64,000 bases of DNA. It comes from Rhina ancylostomus (taxonomy: Eukaryota). Under the pieces are notes generated by a model, which was not told the origin of the DNA, did no database searches, and saw nothing but the letters and a program-made list of their open reading frames with translations. The position numbers and the translations under genes are program-made. How positions within the stretch are numbered: the stretch's first letter is position 1; each line of letters opens with the position of its first letter. The stretch is taken from NCBI GenBank assembly GCA_030265395.1, contig JARFYF010000022.1, forward strand, positions 30,409,120-30,473,119. Reading direction: 5' to 3'. Of this stretch, positions 1 to 12,026 are shown piece after piece.

Positions 1-54
1 CCCATCCCTACATCTACATAGACCCTGCTCACTCCTTGATTCTGCTTGTGCATG

Positions 55-505
55 CAGGGCTTTAAAGGAAGGGGATTTGAAATTTCATGTTTTAGTGCAA
101 GGTCATCAAGAATGCGGGAACAGGCAAGCTAAAGAATGTGAGTCTCTGAGGAAACATGAAAGTTGCTGAATCTAGGAGTAACAATAGCTTCCAAAAAAGT
201 ACTGGCAGAGGTTGTGGAAACACTATGTGTCAAGGAAAGAATGTGAGGTCAGAGCAGGGAGCCAAGGGGCAGAGAGGACACCAGCATTACAAACTAAGAA
301 ACAATCTAACACAGTAGGCAGCAACTTGAGAAAGATATTGGTGCTCAGAGAATGGAGTTACTGTCTGGGGAGATAGAGACAGTGCAATGGTTCTAGCTTT
401 ACTGAAGTTGAAGTGGAAAAAGTTATGACTTATCCAGTTTTGAGTATCTGATAGAGGAGATCAGGGCTTGATAAGAGGTAATGGAGAGGTATAGCTGGGT
501 GTCAC
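55..505 (-). mobile_element. L2-clade LINE fragment (RT C-terminal part), decayed
   Basis: The minus strand reads DTQLYLSI…LSDTQNWISHNFFHFNFSKARTI, the L2 motif that follows YADD (DTQLYLS…LSDIQSWMSxNFLQLN). Confidence 0.75.
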
Positions 506-1959
506 ACACCAGACTTGCAAACAATAATGCCACAGACCAAAGATCAGGGCTTGTTTCTATGGCTTAGTACCATATCTGGCACTACATTAACTCACTCTAC
601 TGTTTAACTGCTTTTTCTTCCAAACAAAATCTTGTTAAATTTCCTTGCTTAGCTTTTGTCTGTGCATAACCAGTCTCATTTCCCTATCACTTAAGAATTG
701 GATTTGTCATGCAGTTTTAAGTCATGAGACCAAAGAAAATGTCTTACAAAAAAAATCAATGATTATATTCTCATAATAAAAAAATAATTGGCTCTTCAAT
801 TTTGGGAAAATATGCACTCATTTGGGAAGAAGAACAATATTGTTTAGAACATTCAGTCTCTGCTGTCTTATTGATGCAGTTTGCAGTTTATTCAAAGAAG
901 AGTTATCTTAGGCTGACAGTTTTAGAAAGGTAGATCAGAAGACTGTCTGCACTGATAAGCAGCACTACAAAGGAAATGTAAAAGCAAGCACTAGGTAAAA
1001 GATGACATGAAGTACACACTATCAGCACCCAGCAATGAAAACAATTAACATGTCTTCCCACTGCAATGAATCAGTCCAGGCATTGCTGGAATTCCATTTT
1101 CTGTTGCAAGGACTGTGATAAAGAGCATGTTGCTAACTACCAGACCCTGGGCTCTGAAGTCTTCTTCGAAGCTGGGGGTCAGCTTGTTCTCATCAAGTTG
1201 AACTTTTTCAAGTGCAGTTTCGCATGTTTTTTTGACAGCACAGATCAGTGCTGGGACCCAGATATTGAAAACTAAAGATAGAAGATCAAAGAATGCTTAC
1301 CAAAGCTGGTGTGCATCCCCATTAAAAAATACATGCAATATTGCATAAATAAATTGACTCGCCGACCTTTATCTTGGTGGGGGGCACTGGTAGGTAGTCT
1401 GGGTCTATAAATCTGGAATCAAGGAACAATTGCGCTCTGTACTTGTCTCCACTCCACTTGAACATGAAAGATTACAGTGTTCAAAGCATAGTCCAACCAT
1501 GTTGTGCAGCAAGAATTGGACTTCTCCAGAAATTAAAGAACCTAATGGCAGTGAGTTGGATTTGTGTTTTATATCATTTAGTTTGTAGATTTATAAGAAC
1601 AGCCATGTTATATCCTATTATTGCTTGTTACCTGAATTCTCAATACAAAATATTCAAAGTATTTCATGAGCAAAATGGAGTAAAGAAGAAACCTCAGAGG
1701 ATATCCAATACAAGTACTTATATTTCCTTTATTAATATAGAACTTAATAGCCCTGATTAAAATGGGTCGATCTGACATCATTTTGATACTCACTATCAAC
1801 AAATACCACCGTAGCTTATAAAACGCTGTCCTCCAAATTTAAATCCTTGCGCTTTCAAGGATTTTCACAACATGATAAGTGCTTTTGTTTCTTGTCAGAT
1901 GGATATCTACTCTTCCAAGAGCAACAGAATGAAGGCAGCAAAGGATATGGGTCAAATTC

Positions 1960-2475
1960 ATGGTAACCCCTCAAATCAGGCTGCTCCTTCACACTCTCCG
2001 CAACCTCTGCTGTCCTCATGCATCTGACAGCAAGGAGAGGTTCCAGTGGAAGTCTCTCTATGTGGGGATTGTTCCACCTTTACAATGGGGACCTTGGGTG
2101 AAGAGTCCCATGCAACAGGTTGGTAAATTGGCTCAGAGGCTTGCAGGCCACCTGTCATTTTTATTCAAAGGGGTGTTACTCAGGTTCTAGTTGCACTTCA
2201 GCTCCATATGCCTAACCTTTTGGCATCCAGCATGAAGGAGGCAAGGGGACCATCAAGGGACCTCCTCATCAGTCTGGACCTGGGCTTGGCTGAGCTGGTA
2301 ATTGGCATGTCTTTCTGAGCCGACTATCTGCTCCTCTTCCAAGTTTACATTATGCCTGGGTGTCCTTGGAGAGGGAGAGGGTGACATCTGTTGATTCGTT
2401 GGAGGCCTTTCAGGATCAGTGGTCACCACAGGGGCTCAAATGAATCCTGGACCATGAATATAATATTTTAATTTA
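1960..2475 (+). mobile_element. Tx1/L1-clade LINE 3' end, decayed
   Basis: GC-richer block with frameshifted LHFS…GHP…DLLISLDLGLAELVI…VSLERE…AFQDQW motifs, typical of the C-terminus of fish Tx1 ORF2. It ends in an AT-rich tail. Confidence 0.6.
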
Positions 2476-5400
2476 GGTATTTTGCTGATGCTTTAAATAA
2501 GATATTTTTAAATATAAACAACAAGCAAAAAACACATAAAATAGGGTCTGTGGATAAAGGTCATAACCCCCATTCGAAACATTCATAAGCACTAGCTGAG
2601 CATTAGCATCAGATACACTCTCTGCAGCATCATCCTCACTTTGTGACCTATTGTGCAACAGTTTACTGCTCCTCACAAATCAAAGCACTATGTAAAAATA
2701 ATATAATAGCTATGGAAGCATTGGGCTAGTAATGGTCCTTGAGAGCAACAAGTCCTTAGTTTCAAATTGATGGCAATGACCTGCCAAAAGGAAAGAGAAC
2801 TACCCCAAAGAAAATGAGACTGAATCTGTGGCCGAATTTTTAATCCGTACATAAGCAACAGCAGACAGGATAATGAGATTAGTCACCAACACCAAACATG
2901 CCATTTCCAGGTCAGAGTCTGCTTGGGAAAATGGAAAGATCCATCTCAGTTACTAAATGTTACTGCTATCTATGTTACAGCACAGAAGAATTGCAACCAA
3001 TGATGCGAGAAAGTGAATGTTGAGAATTAGCCACAACTGGCTTTTCAGGATAGGGAATGGTCACTGGTTATTATATACTGGTCTTTACTTTAGTACAACA
3101 GCTTCAGCGACTACACAGAGCATTATGCATGAACAGCAATTTGCAATTTGATATGTAAACGTACTCTGGCCCAGGTACAGGAATCACAGATGGGACTCTG
3201 CAGTCCTCCTAGGAACTGAGGCCATCAATTTATTCCTGGCTTTAACAACCTGATCTCTCATTAGCTGGTTGAAGAGGAGACATGAGTGAAAGCTACAGAA
3301 CCTAGGCAGTAACATAGTGGCCGAAATTCTGCACTAGATTCCAGTTCCAATATTTGAAGTTAATAGCTCAGAATTACAATAAACTAAACTGCAGGATTTC
3401 AAAATGTGGTCAAACTTTCAAGTCATCCCATAATAGGCAGCCATGGTTTAAATGATTTTTCAGCTTTGTTGTTCAAGTTTGAGGGCAGTTGTGCTTTCCA
3501 GTCAGCCTTTCTGCAAATCTCTCCCAGTTATCATCACTTGGTGCTATTCTCCATTAGGTATTATCCATGAGTGGATCTGAAAACACTTGTGCTTTAGTTT
3601 CTACCATCTATACATTTAATAACAATAAAGCATATACCTGCTGGGACTAGATCAAAAGTCTGGATAAGTCTGGATGTTAAGGTTCTAGAAGCAGCTAAAA
3701 GTAGAAGAAATAAATGCCTAAAGTCACCAACACTTTTATGAAATACCATGTTGATTGTGATGTAATGCCAGGTATTATTGCAATTAACAATAGTAAGTCT
3801 GAACATAACAGTCTGATGATATAGTTCTATGAATAGCTCCATCACCAAAGGCATTCTATTTAGAACACAACATATCACAGCTCAGGGCATTAATATTCTC
3901 CAATGTACATTTTTTACAGACAACTCAATACACTCTGTCAATCTGTGACTTTGATAGCAGTTTGCTGTCAATTTCCTCTACTTGTAACACCTTCATGATG
4001 AAGCGCTTTTGTTTTAAAAGTTTCAAAGCTGATGTCCAAAGTAAAATTGCTGCTTACACCTCTCCCTGCTTTGTATGAAAATGTAACAGTGAACAATACC
4101 ATAGGTTACAGAAATGTAAACATGAATAGCAGTCATATATGCCAATCACTCATTTAGTTTTGAACATTGATAGTTTAAGAAAGAAAGAAATTGTTACAGC
4201 ACCTTTCACAAACCTGAGAATTACTTCTGTAAGTATAGTAACGAACCCAGCATAACTGTTTTGGGAGATGACCTGCTTATTTTAATAAATGAAATCTAGA
4301 CAGAAATGAGGTTTCCTTTCATCTGCTTCAGTTTAACAAGTGGTTTAGACAGAAATGCTGAATTATTTCCCACAATTATGTGCCCATGGGCTCATTTGGT
4401 GGTTCACCTTTGTGTCTACTCAAATTCAAAGAAAGCACCTGCAAGCAGGATTCTTAATGACCACTCCTGTCCTATGTCAAATGGGGCAAAAAAGTGCTCA
4501 CCATTGACCACTGAGCACACTTCTCATAGGCACACGAATGAGCCAGCTTGGTCTCATGTCTGAGATCTGACACAGGCTTATGGTCTAGTGGGCAGTGATC
4601 CCTGCTCCTGTAGGTTTCAGTAGTATGGGCCACATATAGCAGGCAACTCAAAGTGCTGCAGAGCAAGCATCAACATTGGCTCTGTAAAGTCCTCCAAATC
4701 CACATCAGTTTTCTCTCCCAGGTCAATCTCCCCAGCATCGACGCTTGAACTACACTCAGGCAGTTCCAATTGGTGGGCCACGTGGTTCACAGACCCAATA
4801 CCAGACTCCGTAAGCAAGCACTCTATTCCTAGTCCATCACAGTGAGAGATTATCTGGAGGACAGAGGAAATGTTAAAAGGATTTTTCAAACCCTTCTTGA
4901 AAGATTGCATCATCCTTGCCAATTCATGGGAATCCCTTTATCTGAAGGGTGGTATCCAACTTTTTTGATTCGTCTGATCTGACTTTAAGGCCCTCAGTGG
5001 ACAAATTCATAATTCTGAAAAGAATCCACACACCTCTTAACAGAAACTGCTTGACCTGTTAACTTTCGATTTCTTTTAGCTTAGTCCCATGCTGTATTTA
5101 GAAAAAATATAACTCACTGCTCATGTCAAGGGATGGCAGATTGAGGACTTTGCATACTATAGGGTGCCCTTTGATCAGAAATACACACAATGTGATTGAC
5201 TCCCAGTGAAAAATTCCTGGTGGGAATGAACTCGATGGTATTATGAGATTGATATAATGCATCATCTATTAATAATAGTTCACATCTGTGTCACATTTAA
5301 AGAACAAGGAACACTATTTTGAATTTATTTAATTGCCCCAATGCTTTTTTATTGGATATTTCAGAAAGGAAACAGGGAATGCATAAAGAATAGAGAAACA

Positions 5401-5744
5401 TATTCAGATTTAGATGCAATTTTACTGGCAGCAGCATATTGAATGCTGTGGCTCTGCTGCCAACAGCAACAACCATCTCACATGATACTTTCACCAGCAG
5501 CTTCAATGGAAGCTCATACAGTTGGCCCATAATGCAAACAGCCATTATCACTTGTCACGTGCCACTTTATCCAGCAGTTTTCACATCACTGCCTTGTATA
5601 AACCGTCCCCAAAAAGGCTAAAAGAAGCCAGAAATAAAAGGAACAATCAGACCTTCTGAATTGCTCTAAAAGCTGAAATGCTATAGTACCAACATCTTAT
5701 ACAAAAATACCACTTCTGCATAATTCAGTAATAACAATAGGAAA

Positions 5745-6066
5745 GTGCATCATCTGTGCCAGTGACCCATGTTCAATCCAGGCCTCCGGTGCTGTCTGTG
5801 TGGTATATGCATGTTCTCCCTGTGATTGCGTCGGTTTCCCCCAGATGCTCTGGTTCCTCCACATCCCAGAGACATGCTGATTAGTAGGGTAATTGGTTAC
5901 TGTAAATTGGCCCTAGTGTAAATGGATGGCAGGAGAATTGGGGTGGGTAGCTGATGGGCTTTTGAGAACAAGTGGATTACAGGGAAAGATGTGGAGGAAT
6001 GGGATGATTGATGTGATTGCTCTGAGAGCAGTAGAGCTTCAATGGGTCAAATGGCCTCCTACTATG
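5745..6066 (+). mobile_element. HE1-like V-SINE (tRNA-derived)
   Basis: B-box GTTCAATCC at 5771, V-domain TGCTGTCTGTGTGG…TGCATGTTCTCCCTGTG…GGTTTCCCCCAGATGCTCTGGTTCCTCCACATCCCAGAGACATGC, and CR1-type tail ATGGGTCAAATGGCCTCCT. Confidence 0.85.
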
Positions 6067-6754
6067 AAACAGGAAATCTCTGTTTAACATGCATTTTGCT
6101 TTGCCTGCATAGCTTGTCTAAAGGTGCTATTGTTCGTTATTCCTGATTCCATTCAGTGAGAATTTGTTTTGTAAGTGTATTTTAATAAGGGTCATTTCCG
6201 TCTTACCCTACAAGTTGCTGCCACAAATACAATGCCCTTTGTGGATTAATGGTTCTATTGTTACCCCTTGTAACTGGTAATCTGTCAATTTTGTATCTAA
6301 ACAGGTCACTTTAACACCTCACTTTTCACTAACTTGAAGATCAACACTGTAAATATTGTGCCTGTGATTTTCTGAGCAATGTTGGGATTTTAAATGTAAA
6401 CCTGAATTAGTTCCTTGAAAGATGATTTTAAATAGTGAGAGTTCAGCTGACTGTGGAAGATGAAAATCTATTTTCTGCTCCATGTGCAAGGAGGTAATGA
6501 TTTGCTTCATAATGGAGAAAAGTAAATGCAGACAGTTGAATATACCTGGTTCCCTGGATTAACCATGTAGGCCTACAAAGCCTGACACCTGAAGTGTCAG
6601 GTGTCACTAAACATCTCCTGTAACAGGTGACCAGATATCAATTTTAAAGTCCAAAATCAAAAACAACTTCAGCACATGCAACAAGGACTGTGGTGAAAAT
6701 ATCTATAGGGTAAAAGAATCATTTGAATGTCTTCATTAAAAAAACTATTTGCCC

Positions 6755-6852
6755 GTTCTGATAAAAAAAATTGACAATCTGAAATATTTGCTCTTTTTTC
6801 TCTCGCTATTCACAGAAGCTGCCTGACCTGCTGAACATTTTCACCATTTTAT
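6755..6852 (+). mobile_element. Penelope-type hammerhead-motif repeat, decayed copy
   Basis: GTT-CTGATAA…CT-GAAAT…CACAGAAGCTGCCTGACCTGCTGAACATTTTCACCATTTT, matching the other family copies. Confidence 0.65.
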
Positions 6853-7084
6853 GATGTTATGCCACAAGTACCGTTGGATAATGGTTGAGAAGCAATTTTT
6901 GTCATGGTGACCTAATTTTCAATGACTAATCATGACATTTTATGTGATCTTCCTCAATGCTACATGCTTGAGCATAGAGAACACACTTCTATCATTTCTA
7001 AAGAAATGTGCCAGAATGGAGACTAATAAGTACCCTGATTCTTCTCCCAAAGGCCCTGGAGGAGGGATTCTCTAATAGGACAGA

Positions 7085-7375
7085 AAATCATAAGAAATAG
7101 AAGTAGGCAGAGGCCATGTAGCTCTCTGAGTCTTCTCAACAACTCAGCCTGATCATGCTTGCTGTGCATTTATAGTCTTCTTTCCTGTCTGATCATCATA
7201 TTCCATGATCCCCCTCTGAGACCAAAAGTCCACAATCTCGCTTGTGATCATACCCAATGCGCTTTGAGATACAGAATTCCAAAGATAAATAAACAAACGC
7301 TAACACAAATTTCTCCTAGCCTCAGACCTAAATGGCCAGAACCTTATCCCAAGACAATCCTCCCCAGCTCACTCT
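7085..7375 (-). mobile_element. CR1/HER1 LINE 3' end fragment
   Basis: Starts CATAAGAAATAGAAGTAGG…GGCCAT, the reverse complement of a CR1 3' terminus, and continues to …GAATTCCAAAGAT…AAATTTCTCCT…AAATGGCC. Confidence 0.65.
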
Positions 7376-7379
7376 AAGC

Positions 7380-7525
7380 TTTTCTATCTCTTCCCTCTTT
7401 TCAGATACTGTTTACAACCTACCTCTTTGACCAAGCCTCAATGTCAAATTTTGCTGGACAATGCTCCTGTGAAGTGCCCTGGAACATTTTACTACATTAG
7501 AGGTTCTATAAAAACAAATTGTTTT
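7380..7525 (+). mobile_element. L2 LINE 3' end fragment
   Basis: AACCTACCTCTTTGACCAAGC…TGCTCCTGTGAAGTGCCCTGGAACATTTTACTACATTAGAGGTTCTATAAAAACAAATTGTT, a fish L2 3' tail. Confidence 0.7.
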
Positions 7526-8037
7526 CACACATTCAGAGTGCACTGATAGCCACAGTGATATTGCAGGGCCTGAACAAACTCAAAGCTCAGGCTGGATATA
7601 CTTCCTTCATGCCAGTCAGTCTTTTGCATTTCTTAGCAGAAGTGAAACTGTTCTAATTATAGAGTGAATTCATCTATACAAAAGGATGTGGTTAAGAACA
7701 AATTTCATAAAGTTCTGTATTATTTGAATCTTAAGTTTGTGAACAATGAACATTCGCAGCTGACAAAGGGGACTGAGTTTATACCATTTCTATTGACTGA
7801 GTCCACATATCACTCCAGTTATGCAGGCATTCATTTAGACATTGGTGCAAGTTTTTTCCAACCATTCTTGTTGCTGGCAGATACACAAACATGACAGGGG
7901 AGCCTTTATCTGATCTCAGACCAAGGCCACATGTTTAGTTTGGCATAATATTTTACTTTTCAACACCTAATCATTAGAATGGCATGCACAGCCAGAGAAA
8001 TACTTTTAAAACAACTATTGTATCCAAGAGGGCGAAA

Positions 8038-8387
8038 GGGGACAGTGGGTTGCACAGTGATGCAGCAGATAGTGCTCCAGCATCCCAGTTGCAATCCTGA
8101 CCTCCAGTGCCGTCAATGTGGTATTTGCATATTCATCTCATCACTAAATGGGTTTCATCTGGATGATCTGGTTTCCTCCCAAATCTCAAAGACACGCTGG
8201 TTGATTGGCTAATTGGCCACTGTAAATTGCTTCTTGTATAGAGGGGAGGTAGGAGAATCAGGTCACATGAGATAGGATAGGTTCCAGAGAAACAGGTGGA
8301 GAAATGAGAATGATCTGATTGCTCCGAGAGCTGGCAAAGACCTGACAGGCCAAATGGCCTCCTTCTATGTCACAAGAAAATATATGA
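8038..8387 (+). mobile_element. HE1-like V-SINE
   Basis: tRNA-like head, V-domain (GGTTTCCTCCCAAATCTCAAAGACACGC), TAATTGGCCACTGTAAATTG and tail CAAATGGCCTCCTTCTATG. Homologous to 5745-6066. Confidence 0.85.
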
Positions 8388-8489
8388 AATAAGAAAAGAT
8401 CTGGCTTACTATGACATAGACACATAAAAAAAACAGTCGGATCTCTTTTAATCAGAATAAAGTCTGGATTCACAAACTCAATACATTAT

Positions 8490-8730
8490 GGTTCACCCCA
8501 GATCCGATTCTTGGTATATTGTGCATCACCTGACATCAGCTGAATCAGTTCAATATAACTGGCTTCACTTGAAGGGTGGGAGAGAGAGGAAGAGAATCAG
8601 CCCAAGTTCTCATTCCTCAGTGCAAGTCAGTGACCTCTGTTGGAAAGTATGTTCGAGTGAGGACAGGATCAGGCTCAGCCGCTGCACCATCTGTAATCAA
8701 ATGACCTTTCAACACACTCAATGTTTGAGG
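8490..8730 (+). mobile_element. LF-SINE-like element fragment
   Basis: GTGAGGACAGGATCAGGCTCAGCCGCTG…CAAATGACCTTTCAACACACTCAATGTTTGAGGC resembles the LF-SINE-type body, and similar segments recur in this window. Confidence 0.5.
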
Positions 8731-10596
8731 CACCCCCAGGAAAAATAGTCTATTGGACAAAGTTCCAGAGGGCATTTGAGGGGTATCCTAATGCAGTCTA
8801 CACTTTTATGATATGGGAGTCAAGGGTGGAAGCTGGGGTGAGCCCAGGATTGATACAGTGGAGGGAAAGGCAAAGAAACTGGAAAAAGGTCAAGAAAAAA
8901 AAATCAGCCACAATGTAAATATTAGAGCATTTTAGTTAATATTTTCCATTTGAAGGATAAATGTGGTTACATCTAAGTTTAATGCTTTTACTTAGTAAAT
9001 ATCTATGTATTTCAACTTTTATAAGTAATCTTTAAATATTAGGTTATGCAGAAGATGAATAGGGTAATGCTGTTACATTTACAATAGAGTGTTGTGGCTG
9101 AATGAATCCCAACTATTAAAACTAAACATAAAATATAAGTTCTTAGCATTAAAGGCATCACCCAAGTGATTTATTGGTTCCAGTCAAAAAGAATTACAGT
9201 CCATAATTCAGGTCTACATCTGCACCTAATTCAAACAAAGCTTTAGCACTAAATTTAAATTCATAGTTTTATAAATACAAATGACAGAACCTTATAAATA
9301 CGTGGAACTGCCTGAGAGACATAATTTAACTTTAAATGGTTTAAACTCTTGAATTGTTAGACATTAAGGCTTATTTTTCTAATAATAGGGATTTATGCAC
9401 TGGATAAAATGTCTCCAAAAGCAGCTGGTTGCTGCCATGGTGACCTGCCTCTTGGTTCCAACAAATGACTGTATTTCTTCCCATATAAGACACTATTGAC
9501 ATAAACATCAACACAGATGCTCCATCAGAAGGAGTCCTGGTTTCGCGAGCACTTGATCATCAGGAATGCACCAACTGCTTCAGATAAACCGGTGCCAGCT
9601 CAGGTTGTGCACCACACTCCCCCTGGGGAGTGGCCACATCCAGGCCTGATCTCATTTTTCATCCTTCACTCCCCACACCCAAGACATTTGACTGCTGAAA
9701 AGAAAAGCATTATAGAGCAAGTGATGCATGGCTGGGATGGTTATTTCTCAAAAATAACACAGCCCAGAAATAATTAACCCCTTGACACCCAGGCATATTC
9801 TAAATGACTGAGGAAAATGGAGGGAAAATTGGCTCCGCCACTGATTACTACTTCTTTCCTTCCATTCGGAGGACACTGGTTCAAACTGGGACATTGCTCC
9901 ATGGCTAGAGGTAATTGGTGTTTGGGGGGGGATATGATGGATTGTGGTATTATTATCTGTGGTATCATCATACATGATTGTAGCCAGTTGAGCTAAGGTG
10001 TGGTGCAACTAGAGCAGGAGTTGAGGAAGAACCTCACATCCAAACACAAATCTACTCACATCTTATATTCATGAATGCATTTTCAGAGTTTTGATCAGGA
10101 AATTAAATAGGACACAATTGGAATGGAATTTCATTATACACACGTGCCTTTAATAATGATTATTTGGGGAGTGGGGACCTGACCCTGCTGCCTTCTCCAC
10201 CGCTCCATTTCCTACTGTGCACATTTGTGTGCATTTTACATTTAGTGTTCTCCAGCAAACATTGATGTCGCAAATTGTACCCATTCTATCACTCCAGCTC
10301 CGATGAGCTAAATTCACTCCAGCCACGCCTTTATAAACTGAACAATTTTGGAGTGAATGAATTAGACAACAGAATGACCCTCATGGTCACAATGCATCAC
10401 GCTCTATTTTCAAACCTCATTATTTATCTTTTATGTTGTAATAATACTACAAAATGTTTTGAGTCTTTTTCCAGATTAAGTTCTCTTCATAATAATGCTG
10501 CATCAAGAGCAATTAAGTATTCATATTTAGTGTTATCTAATACAAACAACACCATCATAAACTGCCCATTATAAAAGTCTGAGTTATTTCACTGAG

Positions 10597-10918
10597 TGGC
10601 AGCATAGTTGCATATCTAGTGGAGCTGCTACCTCACAGTTCCAGGGACCCAGGTTCAATCCTGACCTCCAGTGCTGTCCGTATGAAATTTACATGGCCTC
10701 CCAGTGTCCATGTGGGTACTCCAGTTTCTTTATACATTCCAAAGACAGGCAGATTGAAGGGTTAATTGGCCACTGTAAATTGTCCCTAGTGTCTAAGAGA
10801 GTGATATAATCTGGGGAGAGTAAATTAGGAATCGTCAAGGTTTATTGTAAATGAGTGCTCAATGGCCAGCAGAGATTCAGTAGGCCAAAGGGCCTATTTC
10901 TATACTCTAAGACTCTAA
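10597..10918 (+). mobile_element. HE1-like V-SINE
   Basis: Head GGAGCTGCTACCTCACAGTTCCAGGGACCCAGGTTCAATCCTGACCTCC, V-domain, TTAATTGGCCACTGTAAATTGTCCCTAGTGT and tail GGCCAAAGGGCCTATTTCTATACTCTAAGACTCTAA. Confidence 0.85.
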
Positions 10919-11494
10919 TTGATTAAGTTGGAATGTTTGCTTATAGTGAACCTAGCACTGGAGAAAACTCACATGATTAAAGGATCACATTTACCACTGG
11001 TTCTGAAGTGTGTAGTTAAGAGATAATATGCCCAAGATCAGGCTCTCAGTGGTATCCTGGGGCACATCCAGGCCCAGGGAGAGTTAGGGAGCTTAAGTTC
11101 CACTCACTGAAATCTATAAGTTGTTCTGCTTGAAAATTCACTGTGATTGAAGCATCTCTTTAAGAAAAAAATAAACAAAAATGTTCCCCATCCCCTGATT
11201 TTCATGTTGGCATGCCTCTTCCTGGATAGAGGCCCCACTACCAAGTCCCAGAAAACACCATCGGCAGTCCAAAAGCCCAGAAATCCTGACATGCCAGAGT
11301 TTATTTTGTTGGAATCCAGCTGGAGTTACAATGACAGTTACACTGAACAAATGAAAAAAAATACTGATATGGAGAGGATGTTTCCTCCAATGGGAGAATT
11401 TAAAACTAGGATTCACTGTTTGAAAATAAGCCCATTCAAAACTGATAAGACAATTTTTTTTCTTTCAGAGTGTCATTAATCTTTAAAGCTCTTT

Positions 11495-12026
11495 TCTGTG
11501 AAAGAGTGGTGGAAGCAGAGTCTGAATATTTTTAAGCAGAAGTAGATAGATTCTTGATAAGCAAGGGGGTAGCAGGAATTAGTGTTGATGCCATTTTCTT
11601 GCGCCTACTATTGGGCAGGAGGTACAGAAACCTGAAGTCCCACACCACCAGGTTTGAGAACAGCTACTTCCCTTCAATCATTCTGTACAATGCTAATCAC
11701 TGCCTCAGTATGGTAACACTGTAACCGCTTTGCACTATAATGAACTTTGTTTATCCCTTGGTTCTAATTGTGTCCTTTCCTGTATAATTCTTGCATAATT
11801 TATGTTTAATTTATGTTTACCTTCTGAATGTTTTGCCTCTAATGCTGCTGAAAGTAAGTTTTTCACTGCACCTGTGCATTGACATACTTGTGCACATGAC
11901 TATAAACTTGACAATAAACTCAACTTGACTTGATGTTGTTAATCAGATCTCAACAATGATTTCACTAACTGGTGGAGGAGGCTTGAAAGAATGAGAGGCT
12001 AACTCCAATCCTAATTTGCCTGTTTA
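11495..12026 (+). mobile_element. CR1 LINE 3' end, split by a nested Rex1/Babar insertion
   Basis: GAGTGGTGGAAGCAGAGTCTGAATATTTTTAAGCAGAAGTAGATAGATTCTTGATAAGCAAGGGG resumes after 11935 as AATCAGATC…ATGAT…GGAGGAGGCTTGAAAG…GGCTAACTCCAATCCTAATT. Confidence 0.7.
11591..11929 (+). mobile_element. Rex1/Babar-clade LINE 3' end
   Basis: Encodes GRRYRNLKSHTTRFENSYFPSII (Rex1/Babar C-terminal motif), then a 3'UTR and an (ACTTG)n-like tail. Flanked by the direct repeat TTGATG (11585-11590, 11930-11935). Confidence 0.8.
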
